36,794 bases of DNA from a virus. Lineage: Duplodnaviria > Caudoviricetes. The notes below the pieces were generated by a model. That model was given only the letters and a program-made list of their open reading frames with translations. It did not search any database and had not been told where the DNA came from. Every line of letters begins with the position of its first letter. Position 1 is the stretch's first letter. Below, piece by piece: positions 1 to 8,018 of the stretch. Both the position numbers and the translations under genes were made by a program. The DNA lies in IMG/VR virus record IMGVR_UViG_3300040957_000036, positions 1 to 36,794 of that record. The stretch is one strand, 5' to 3'.

Positions 1-434
1 CCGCAGTCCCTAACCCCGCTACTATAGAAAGTACAACCGTTGCGGAAGCGATTCTTAACTATGATGCGGTTAGCTATAGAGGAACGCATAAAAGCGGAAC
101 GGCTAAGAGAGCCATCAAAGTCACAAGCGGCACCCACATGGTGTAGAGAGTGACGAACATGGCCAGTAAGAGAGAAGCAATGGATAGAACGGGGACGATA
201 ACCGGCAGAGGTTAAATCGGCGATTAGAGACTGGAAGCGAGTAGCTAGATGGCGGGCAACTACGATCTGCTTGTTAGCGGCAGTTTGAACAGTCACCAAG
301 TTAAGTCCGGGGGGAGTGAAGTAATGAGCATGATGGTGAACGTGATGGTAATGGTGGGCATGACGATGGTGGTGCTTTGCTTCCACCGAAGTTGAGAAGA
401 GAAGAACTAGGGCTAAGGTTACTAACCGTAACAT
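1..434 (-). CDS. Peptidase M15-like Zn peptidoglycan hydrolase (endolysin candidate) with Sec signal peptide and His-rich tract; 3' end outside window
   Basis: Not in ORF track. Manual translation from ATG 434 (RBS AGGAGG): MLRLVTLALVLLFSTSVEA|KHHHRHAHHYHHVHHHAHY...GHVRHSLHHVGAACDFDG...RDC. SxHxxGxAxD is the M15 Zn motif. Confidence 0.75.
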   Translation of the reverse strand, partial: MLRLVTLALVLLFSTSVEAKHHHRHAHHYHHVHHHAHYFTPPGLNLVTVQTAANKQIVVARHLATRFQSLIADLTSAGYRPRSIHCFSLTGHVRHSLHHVGAACDFDGSLSRSAFMRSSIANRIIVKNRFRNGCTFYSSGVRDC

Positions 435-442
435 ACTACCTC

Positions 443-2644
443 CTAAGCTGAACCGCCGCGCTGTGGTCTTGCAGCTCGCGCGGCTGGGTTCATTTGATCG
501 GCAGGAATGGCCCCAGGAGGCGATTGCGTACCCGTGGGCAGCCTTCCAGGCATTGCCCCCTGCCGGGGCTGGCCTGGCATTCCTCGCCCTTGCTGGCCCC
601 CTGGGGTGCCTGGCTGGCCCCCAGGTGCGGCAGCCATCTGCTTTTTCTGAAGGCTTACCATATGTTCTTGGATATGTGCTCGCAAGGTTGCATGGCTGTC
701 GGCAATAGGACCGCCAGTCTTGAGGAAGTTGAGATGAGACTGGAGGTGTTCCTGATCGTTGTCAAGAGGGGAGACATGAACCTGAAAACCATCCATGAGC
801 ATAAGGTTCTCTTGCTCAGCCGGTAAAGACTGCGTAAGAGCAGAGGGCCTAAATATCTGCCTAGAGAGGCGTGGGCCAAATGTAGACTCGATAAGCTGGG
901 CAATAGCGGGCTGGAGAGTGAGGGTATAACCCTCATAGAACTGTGGAGGCACCCCGCGTAGAATGTTCATAGCAGCTATTTGCTGCTGTATCTGTTGCGC
1001 GTTCCTTGCAGCCTCTACGCCTAACCAGCGAAACTCTACCCGTTCGTTCATTTGAAGAGGCTCAACTTCCTCCATCTGGGCTTCAACACCAAGGGGGCCG
1101 TACTTCTTAATCGTAAGCTCGCGGTCCCTAAACTGATAGTCCAAATCAATGAACCATTGAAGGAGGGGAGTTAGTATCCCTTCCTCCAAAGTCGTAACAG
1201 CATCAGCCGTTGTAAGGATATCCACCATCTGCTCGTTGGCAATGTCCGCCTGAGTTGGCTTCTTTTTGCTCGCACCCTGTGTAATAGTCGCTGGGGTGAC
1301 TGAGAGTATTTGAAGAATGGTATCCTTCGCGCTTGCGGCAATTGCGAAACCTTTCTCCCAAAGATCGGGGAACTGGATAACTTTAGTTGAGTTAGGGTTG
1401 CACTCCCATATAGCTGCCATGCTCATTATCATGGAGGCTACACGAGGGTTGTCGTTAGGATCGGTCATGACAATAGGCATGAGCGAGTACATAGCCGAGT
1501 CCATAGCTATGTTGACAGCATCGTTAGCCTTGTACTGCATGTCGGCGCAGAACTTAACTCGTGAGTCACCCTTGAATACACCTGCGGTTTTGACGACTGG
1601 GCATGAAAGGATGGGGACTTTGCTGTTCCAATAAATGGTTTCCCGGCACCCAAGTGCTACACCATCTGCCTTGATAAAAGTTTGGCAAAGTTTCCGAGAT
1701 GTTTTTGGCTTGGTATCCTTCTTTCCATGAGGCTGTGACTCCGGAGCAGGAGACTCTTCCTTGAGCTTTAGTTTCGTCCATACCTCGTAAACCTCTAGCG
1801 GCTCTCCCTTACCTAGCTTTATACCCAAGTTCTCCGTAAGCTTCTTCTTTATATTCTTCTCAGGTATCTTTTGCCGGACATCCTCTAAAGACTCTATAAG
1901 GTCTTCCCCGGCTTCTTTGTCGAATACTCCCTCGTCTTTAAGTCTCTCAATCTCAGCCTTAGAGTAGCGTCTAATAATTGCGACCCCTCCACCCCTTTCA
2001 AGAGCGTCCTCAATAGAGTCTGCACTTGCTGGGAAGATAACAATATCGCTATCGTGTAATACCTCGATCTCTGGGCGTCCATCCAGAATCTCCTCGGTTA
2101 CAATAGCCTCATCTTTACCTTGAGGTTGCGTGGCACCCGACTGGGGATTTATTGGGGAACGGACTCGTTTCTTGATAGTGCGCCTAAAGGAGCGCCAAGA
2201 GAGGCTGAGGTGGTAAGAGCCCTCCACGTCGCCATTGACGCAGAGCGCTGGCATAATCTCTGTACGGAGTCTAGTTGAGCTAATATAGTGCTCTGCGAGG
2301 CTGAGCAAAGAGTCAGGTATCGTACCATCCGTAGTAATGGCTTCAACGTGTCGCTTGGATTGGGGGAAGATTTGATTGACAAAGCGAGTTTTCCTTGCTT
2401 GGATCGCGGCATTAACAAGAGGAACAAAGACCTTAGAGTCACCAGCGTAAAACTGATGCTCGTTTATCTTACAGTTATAAATGTCCCAATAGTCAGCTAG
2501 ATCGTCAGCGCGCTCTTTCTGATCCTCAAAAGCTTTGCGCGCTCGCTCGTAAAGCTTAACAAGCTGCTCATCTATGTCCTCATCACCTAGCAGGTGCTCA
2601 GGTTCAATGTAGTCCTCAAGATAAATTATGCTACTATCAGCCAT
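443..2644 (-). CDS. Portal protein (P22-like podovirus type)
   Basis: 733 aa directly downstream of TerL. Portal-like segments (PTQADIANEQ, TLEEGILTPLLQW, DNDQEHLQSH) and a Q/G/P-rich C-terminal tail. Confidence 0.85.
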   Translation of the reverse strand: MADSSIIYLEDYIEPEHLLGDEDIDEQLVKLYERARKAFEDQKERADDLADYWDIYNCKINEHQFYAGDSKVFVPLVNAAIQARKTRFVNQIFPQSKRHVEAITTDGTIPDSLLSLAEHYISSTRLRTEIMPALCVNGDVEGSYHLSLSWRSFRRTIKKRVRSPINPQSGATQPQGKDEAIVTEEILDGRPEIEVLHDSDIVIFPASADSIEDALERGGGVAIIRRYSKAEIERLKDEGVFDKEAGEDLIESLEDVRQKIPEKNIKKKLTENLGIKLGKGEPLEVYEVWTKLKLKEESPAPESQPHGKKDTKPKTSRKLCQTFIKADGVALGCRETIYWNSKVPILSCPVVKTAGVFKGDSRVKFCADMQYKANDAVNIAMDSAMYSLMPIVMTDPNDNPRVASMIMSMAAIWECNPNSTKVIQFPDLWEKGFAIAASAKDTILQILSVTPATITQGASKKKPTQADIANEQMVDILTTADAVTTLEEGILTPLLQWFIDLDYQFRDRELTIKKYGPLGVEAQMEEVEPLQMNERVEFRWLGVEAARNAQQIQQQIAAMNILRGVPPQFYEGYTLTLQPAIAQLIESTFGPRLSRQIFRPSALTQSLPAEQENLMLMDGFQVHVSPLDNDQEHLQSHLNFLKTGGPIADSHATLRAHIQEHMVSLQKKQMAAAPGGQPGTPGGQQGRGMPGQPRQGAMPGRLPTGTQSPPGAIPADQMNPAARAARPQRGGSA

Positions 2645-4574
2645 GTCTATCCGGCCTTGATGTGAGATGCTTAACCCCTGATCTTGAGTCTACTGTGTAG
2701 TGCGCGGCTAAGTCCTCGTTCTGGCTAAGGAATATTGGAAGGGCTGCCTCGATTGCTTGCATGAGCGTAGCATAAGAATTCTTCTTAGGCTCTTTAGTAT
2801 TGGGCATATAAGCATAGCCAGAAGTTAAGGCGCGCAAGGTCCAAAGAGCGTTCTGGGCAACCGCGAGTTTAGAAGTGTCGATCTGTGTTTGCAAGAGGGC
2901 ACGAGAACGAGCGGGATCGGCACCCATGGAAGGGGCCTCTCCCTGAGAGCGCAAGATCGCCTTTAGTCCAAGGGTATCGTAGAGCTGGAGAGGCCGGGGG
3001 ATGACGAGCGAACCAGGGTGAGCGACTTGCGCCCGGATATAAGATAGGGCCTCCGGGATTGCGGACGCGGGGGCACCCTCAATAACAACGTCATCAAGGA
3101 CAACAAGTCTTGATTTATGGTAGGCGATTGCCACCGCGGCAGTATCGGTCGAAGTAGCGTTGATGGCATAAATCACCTTTGCAGAGGGACGTATCTCGTC
3201 CAAGGGGTTATTCAGAGTATGGAGAAGGGGATCAAACCCCTTATATATGGGCTCGCCTGGATACATGCGAGGAACATAGGCTAAGGCGTTGAGAACGTCA
3301 ATTTTGCCGGAGGGGAAATTCTGGAGCTGCGTTGCTAATTGTGGGAGCGGCTTGGCGGAAACAAGGTCGCCGGAAGTGATGAAGGGTTGAAGGCTGCGGA
3401 TGAACTCAAGCTTGTTTTTGGGGGCTTTGATTGGTTGGATGGGTAGGAATATACCTCGCTCAACCATTGCACTACGCAAAGGTTGGAATATAAACTCCTC
3501 AAGCCCATCCCTTTCAACTCCGATGAAAGTAGGGTTATACCTTTGTGAGATACTAAAGATCGTATCAATGATGTCACTAGGACGGTGTGTACCCCCGAAT
3601 GCCTCCCAAACCGTAATACGGGAGTTGGTAAGGGAGGCGACGACATAGCCAGTAAGAGACGATGAAGCTTTTGTACTTCTAGCAGGGTCCACAATGAGAA
3701 CAGTTGGCTCGAACGTATGGACGAGTGGAACAAGGTTGATAGTGGTAACGTCAAAAGCTTTCGTCTCAGAATGCTCAGCCTCACATAAGTATTCTTGAGC
3801 GAACTCACGCGCCATGCCAAGGCGCTCGTACTCCTCCTTCTTCTGTAGGGCTTGAGCGAGGGGGAAGCGAGCGGGCCAAGAGGATGTAAGGGTATCGTTG
3901 ACATAAGAGTATACCGGGATTGTATGAACTAAGAACGAGGGGTCTTTGGCAAGTTGCACACATGCAGCATTAGGGTGTAGCGGCGTAGCGGCCATCCTAA
4001 CGAAAGCCTCTTTTGCAAGAGCAGGATAAAGGGTGGCAGTAAGCCAACGCATGGTTTTGTAAATAGCCTCTGGAGTATTAGTAGACTCCTCTGACTCAAT
4101 ATCGTCCAGGAAAGCAAAGTTAGGACGTTGATCCAAGTGTTTGGCACCCCGGAGGGATTGCCCTCTACCGTAGGCTTGTAGATAGCAGCCGTTAGTAAGA
4201 AGGGCACGCGTATTAGTCCAAGGCTCGGAACGAAGGGGACCGAAGGTATCAAGGAGCTTGTCATTCGTCTCTAACTCGTACTTGATGGAAGTTAGCCGCT
4301 CAGCCGCGCGGGTTTCAGACTCGCCAATAATGATGCCGTTCTTAATGATTTGGAGGCAGGATAAGAGTACGGAGGCTTCCTCTAGTATAGTAGACTTACC
4401 CGATCCCCTGAACATCATCTCCAGTACCTTAGGCTTGTCAAAGTCGTAGATATCTAGGATAACTTCTTCATGGCACTCAGGGGAGAGGTCGCTATGGCGA
4501 TGGGCAAAGAAATATTGGTGCGCAGCTACCGGGTCCCGTAGGATAAAATCTAGCACCTCATCATGAACCAACAT
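2637..4574 (-). CDS. terL: Terminase large subunit with C-terminal extension
   Basis: Walker A FRGSGKST, GQSLRG, Walker B FLDDIE, FAQEYLCE, nuclease VDPA and GVE motifs; adjacent to portal. Confidence 0.93.
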   Translation of the reverse strand: MLVHDEVLDFILRDPVAAHQYFFAHRHSDLSPECHEEVILDIYDFDKPKVLEMMFRGSGKSTILEEASVLLSCLQIIKNGIIIGESETRAAERLTSIKYELETNDKLLDTFGPLRSEPWTNTRALLTNGCYLQAYGRGQSLRGAKHLDQRPNFAFLDDIESEESTNTPEAIYKTMRWLTATLYPALAKEAFVRMAATPLHPNAACVQLAKDPSFLVHTIPVYSYVNDTLTSSWPARFPLAQALQKKEEYERLGMAREFAQEYLCEAEHSETKAFDVTTINLVPLVHTFEPTVLIVDPARSTKASSSLTGYVVASLTNSRITVWEAFGGTHRPSDIIDTIFSISQRYNPTFIGVERDGLEEFIFQPLRSAMVERGIFLPIQPIKAPKNKLEFIRSLQPFITSGDLVSAKPLPQLATQLQNFPSGKIDVLNALAYVPRMYPGEPIYKGFDPLLHTLNNPLDEIRPSAKVIYAINATSTDTAAVAIAYHKSRLVVLDDVVIEGAPASAIPEALSYIRAQVAHPGSLVIPRPLQLYDTLGLKAILRSQGEAPSMGADPARSRALLQTQIDTSKLAVAQNALWTLRALTSGYAYMPNTKEPKKNSYATLMQAIEAALPIFLSQNEDLAAHYTVDSRSGVKHLTSRPDRHG

Positions 4575-5052
4575 GGAACTCTCTGTAGATATCTACCCAA
4601 TGCTTTCCTTGTACTATAAGCGCCACGGTGCTTTTATGCACGCTATACTTCTTAGCTAACTTATCATAGCTAATGCCCTGTCTATTCAGCAAATGTATCG
4701 CCCTAACGTCCTCCTTAGTTAGCAATGCTCGGCCATGCGTGTCTAGCCTAGCTTGTCTTTTCTTACTAACCATATCATCCATATTACCCTGATGCGTACC
4801 TAAAAACAAATGCTTTGGGTTCACGCATAGCCTGTTGTCGCATCTATGTAAAACTTGCGCCTTACCAGGGTCGCACACAAACAGCTCGTAAGAAGCCCTA
4901 TGTGCCCTAATAGTTTTATCCTTTATCTTGAACTTACCATACCCGTCTTTGCTGGTGTTAGCTAGCCACACCCAACAACCGGTTGTAGGGTCTATACTAT
5001 ACTTGGCGGTGAACCTGTCTACCGCTGGTACCGGGGGCCTTCCAGTTCTCAT
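4561..5052 (-). CDS. HNH homing endonuclease with C-terminal HTH
   Basis: GCWVW..GYG..RAHRASY..VLHRCDNRLCVNPKHLFLGT..NMDD; C-terminal SYDKLAKKYSVHKSTV helix-turn-helix; overlaps terL start. Confidence 0.92.
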   Translation of the reverse strand: MRTGRPPVPAVDRFTAKYSIDPTTGCWVWLANTSKDGYGKFKIKDKTIRAHRASYELFVCDPGKAQVLHRCDNRLCVNPKHLFLGTHQGNMDDMVSKKRQARLDTHGRALLTKEDVRAIHLLNRQGISYDKLAKKYSVHKSTVALIVQGKHWVDIYREFHVGS

Positions 5053-5090
5053 GGCACTTCCGTGGTGTGGTGTACACTAAACATGGTTAG

Positions 5091-5122
5091 AAAAAACCCT
5101 CAGGCCGGGGGAGACCTGAGGG
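5091..5122 (-). terminator. Rho-independent terminator
   Basis: Minus strand CCCTCAGG-tctcccccgg-CCTGAGGG-TTTTTT (8-bp stem plus U6). Confidence 0.8.
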
Positions 5123-5190
5123 CCGGGGGGAACGCATCACAACTTGGAGGCTACTTAATGCACATGGGGAAGGGGTCAAAACCCATGGCT
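5091..5190 (-). ncRNA. Candidate ~100-nt small RNA or attenuated leader with C-rich loops
   Basis: Bounded by a sigma70-like promoter (5196-5224) and a terminator (5091-5122). Three hairpins exposing CCCCUUC, CCUCC and UCUCCCCC. Confidence 0.5.
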
Positions 5191-5195
5191 AGAAG

Positions 5196-5224
5196 AGAGT
5201 AGCAAAAAAAGAAGGGGCGGTCAA
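5196..5224 (-). promoter_or_regulatory. Sigma70-like promoter embedded in a terminator hairpin
   Basis: Minus strand TTGACC-17nt-TACTCT. Confidence 0.65.
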
Positions 5225-5230
5225 GCCCCT
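5204..5230 (-). terminator. Rho-independent terminator
   Basis: Minus strand AGGGGC-ttgacc-GCCCCT-tc-TTTTTTT, downstream of 5353..5724. Confidence 0.65.
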
Positions 5231-5352
5231 CAAGTCTAAAAATCCTAACTCCGAACTTGCACGCTATCCGCGCGCTCCTGCTAAGCCTTCATGCTTTGCG
5301 GCCTCCTGCCTGCAACTGCCGGCACCATGCCGGTAGCACAGATAGGATAGCA

Positions 5353-5724
5353 CTAGAGGCCCAAACCCGCAAGGAAGCTGGAGATTACGCCGTTTGTTTT
5401 CGTCTGGCTCGCGGCGATGGCCTGCATGCCCGCGATCTTCTGCGCGACGAGCAAGGACCGGATATTGGCGTCGGCAATGTAAGTAGGTTCGCCCAGGGTC
5501 GTAACCTGAAGGATAGCTTCAGCGATAGTCCCCACGGCACCTGCGTTGGGGGTAGCCAGGATGGCACGGCAGCCCGCGTCCAGGCCCGCCTGCGTTTGGG
5601 CCGATGCCAGGTTGCCGATGAGGCCGGATAGGTTGGCGTTGCCGGTTGTGGATGCGGTGTTCGAGGTCTGGAGGGAAGAGAGGACGGTTGAGGCAACCGT
5701 GCCCGTGAGAGAGGTTGTAGGCAT
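5353..5724 (-). CDS. Hypothetical Ala/Thr/Gly-rich protein (123 aa)
   Basis: Start moved to ATG 5724 behind RBS AAAGGAG; MPTTSLTGTVAST...SSFLAGLGL. Confidence 0.7.
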   Translation of the reverse strand: MPTTSLTGTVASTVLSSLQTSNTASTTGNANLSGLIGNLASAQTQAGLDAGCRAILATPNAGAVGTIAEAILQVTTLGEPTYIADANIRSLLVAQKIAGMQAIAASQTKTNGVISSFLAGLGL

Positions 5725-5788
5725 TCCAGGCTCCTTTAGTTGGGGTGGATGGAGGTAGGTTAGCACCCAGCGAACTTGCTGGCTAGCT

Positions 5789-5986
5789 TTATTCAAATAC
5801 GCCAAGTGCTACGGCGAGCACATTGATAGCTGCTATGAAACAGAACCCTAGAAACACTACCGGGACTATGATGAAGACAGAGCCGCCATGCGTACAGTAT
5901 CCTACAATGCACACTATTGTAGGACGTAAAAAGAATATCACAAAGACTAGTCCAAGTCCACGAAGTAAGGATATAAAGGTAGTCAT
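5789..5986 (-). CDS. Small two-TM membrane protein (holin-like candidate)
   Basis: 65 aa, RBS TAAGGA, two hydrophobic stretches. Holin function is inference only. Confidence 0.55.
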   Translation of the reverse strand: MTTFISLLRGLGLVFVIFFLRPTIVCIVGYCTHGGSVFIIVPVVFLGFCFIAAINVLAVALGVFE

Positions 5987-6018
5987 CGAAGTTGTCCTTA
6001 AGTTTGGGTTCTATGCAA

Positions 6019-6047
6019 CCGCTAAGCTGATTCGTGCCCGCCGTCAA
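6019..6047 (-). promoter_or_regulatory. Sigma70-like promoter with GANTC site in spacer
   Basis: Minus strand cTTGACG-17nt-TAGCGG upstream of 5986; GATTC at 6029-6033. Confidence 0.45.
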
Positions 6048-6219
6048 GGATGTTTCCTGGGTAAAAACTATGGAAATAGTTGTAGTGGAACAAAACAAGA
6101 ACTTACCAAAAATAGCTGCAACTTGCGGGGAATGGGAAAGATACAAACCCCCCGGCGTCCGGTACCTCCCCTAACACCCCAAGTTCTCACTATGTTCTGC
6201 CTTTCCACCTGCTAGCTCC

Positions 6220-6343
6220 ACTATTAGGTGAGCAGCACACTAATAGTCTCGACTAATAGTAATCACTAATACTATCCACCTATTAGTAAATACTCTTAGT
6301 CGAGTACACATATATTAATATAGTGCTCTACTATTAGTCGAGA
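6220..6343. repeat. Cluster of (A)CTAATAG repeats with a 15-bp perfect inverted repeat
   Basis: ACTAATA(G/C) at 6239, 6252, 6265 (13-bp period); inverse CTATTAG at 6221, 6280, 6331; TCTCGACTAATAGTA (6247-6261) / TACTATTAGTCGAGA (6329-6343); palindrome TATATTAATATA at 6311-6322. Confidence 0.85.
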
Positions 6344-6412
6344 TTGTACCTACACGCTTGGCGTGCGAGACGGCCCGGCACCCCGCAGAGATAGAAAATC
6401 GGGTGACAAAAT

Positions 6413-6441
6413 GTAACTTTAGGTGGAAGGTTTAAAGTTAC
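6413..6441. promoter_or_regulatory. Operator-like inverted repeat
   Basis: GTAACTTTA-N11-TAAAGTTAC in the non-coding control region. Confidence 0.4.
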
Positions 6442-6794
6442 TATTGTAGCACCTACGTTCCGCGTCCGTTCACGGGCACCCCGTTGAAATCATTGGGAAA
6501 TTTGTCTGTGGAAAAAGAGAGGTGGTATATATATCTCTATTATCTAATAATAATACACAAAAACTTTCTGGCTCCGACTGTACAATCTGCTCAAAATTTC
6601 GCTCCCTGGCGCGCCAACTTGTTCTTATTATTTTTTAGTAAGCTCGCAACATAAAAGTCACGCATGGCTCATTCTCCTAGAGCCACGGGCCTAAAACGGC
6701 CATCCCGCCCCCAAGATACTAATACTTCTAGAATAACCAAATTACCTAATTGACCTAATTGCACCGAGTTCACCAAAAAGTGAGCACTTTTCCC

Positions 6795-6823
6795 TTGCAT
6801 TGCTACCTAGTAACCATTAGCTT
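6795..6823 (+). promoter_or_regulatory. Early sigma70-like promoter
   Basis: cTTGCAT-17nt-TAGCTT before the first plus-strand gene. Confidence 0.6.
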
Positions 6824-6876
6824 GGGAATATTGATTGGACCTAGTGCAGCCACCTGTTTTCCGGAAAGGGGACAAA

Positions 6877-7278
6877 ATGGATATCGCAGAGGCGAAACGC
6901 GCCCTCAACCGTGTGCAAGACGAGTTGCCTAAGGCTAAAATGGCTCTTAAGCGGGCTACGGCCAATCTTAGGTATGCTAAAGGGGGCAAACCTGTAAGCC
7001 CGGCTTTAGTAGCTCAAACCAATAGGCTCATAGACAAGGCGCAAGCCGAGTATAATGAGGCTGAGCGTATTTATGATAGCATTCTCGCTACTCATAAAAT
7101 AGCTAAGGAGGACTACTACACCGCTTGCACGCAATCGGTGGCGACCCTAGCAATTGTAGACGAGGCGGAAGCCTTGACCTTTATAAGGAGGTGGCTATTC
7201 AAGCAGCCATCTCCTTTAATGGGGGTGCACCGTTTAATAAAGCTAGCATGGCAAGCCTACAGGGAAATCTCTATCTAA
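6877..7278 (+). CDS. Hypothetical helical early protein
   Basis: ATG 6877 behind RBS AAAGGGG; MDIAEAKRALNRVQ... Confidence 0.75.
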   Translation: MDIAEAKRALNRVQDELPKAKMALKRATANLRYAKGGKPVSPALVAQTNRLIDKAQAEYNEAERIYDSILATHKIAKEDYYTACTQSVATLAIVDEAEALTFIRRWLFKQPSPLMGVHRLIKLAWQAYREISI

Positions 7279-7290
7279 AGGAACCGCAAC

Positions 7291-7875
7291 ATGCCTACGC
7301 ATCGAGAAAGACAACAGCAGCGCCAACAGAAGCAATTGGAGCAGCAGCAAGAGACGGAAAGCCGCAAGCAGCAACGGGAGAACCAGCGGGCTTATCTCTA
7401 TAGCTCCCGCACAACGGATGCGCGCTACAAGCAAGCAGAGAAACGAGCTGAAAAGGATCGTATTCGAGCCGTCGAGGCTTCCATTGAACGCACCACGCGT
7501 GCCTACTCCCAAGCAGAGAAACAAGCTAAGCAGCTTCATGATCTAACACGCTCGCAAGCCTACTCCCAAGCTAAGCAGGCTTACGGCCAAGCCAAGCAAG
7601 TCTATGAGGCAGTGGGGGGCAGCCGCGCTGCCGCGGAAGCCAAGCTCGCATACAAGCAGGCTCGCGATGCGGCACACTCCGCCCGCTACCAAGCCCGCGA
7701 GCAAGCGAACCGGGTTTATGCTGCAACCGTCGCCGAAGCCAAGCTCGCTTGCGAGCAGCTTTTTGAGCAAGACCAAGCAGCGGCCAAGGCAGCCTACAAT
7801 CGGGCTCGACAGGCCGCACACGACGAGATGCACCGCGCCTATGACCAAGCAGGCGGGGCGTTTAAGGACGCTTAG
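7291..7875 (+). CDS. Ala/Gln-rich coiled-coil early protein with AYxQA repeats
   Basis: RBS AAAGGA; repeats AYSQA x2 and AEAKLA x2, also visible at DNA level. Confidence 0.75.
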   Translation: MPTHRERQQQRQQKQLEQQQETESRKQQRENQRAYLYSSRTTDARYKQAEKRAEKDRIRAVEASIERTTRAYSQAEKQAKQLHDLTRSQAYSQAKQAYGQAKQVYEAVGGSRAAAEAKLAYKQARDAAHSARYQAREQANRVYAATVAEAKLACEQLFEQDQAAAKAAYNRARQAAHDEMHRAYDQAGGAFKDA

Positions 7876-7947
7876 CCCTTCCACGGGTGCCCGTGGCCGC
7901 CAGCTTCCTTACCTCATCGCGGACTTTAGCTAAACTACCTAAAGCCC

Positions 7948-7976
7948 TTGACAACACCTCAAATCGCTACTAACTT
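7948..7976 (+). promoter_or_regulatory. Early sigma70-like promoter
   Basis: cTTGACA-17nt-TAACTT upstream of 8019. Confidence 0.75.
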
Positions 7977-8018
7977 AGCCAGACCAACTTGAACTTCCCT
8001 ACATAGGAGCCTAAGACA

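Noticed and set aside
5353-5724. Terminase small subunit assignment
   Set aside because: Position is roughly right but it has no HTH or charged character and is separated from terL by two terminators.
5793-6215. ORFs 5793..6146 (-) and 5823..6215 (+)
   Set aside because: They overlap the better-supported 5789..5986 gene and its promoter, lack a clear RBS and show no protein-like motifs.
6220-6343. CRISPR array
   Set aside because: Repeats are only 7-8 bp, in both orientations, without spacer-sized gaps. The Cas4-like gene is a normal phage replication nuclease.
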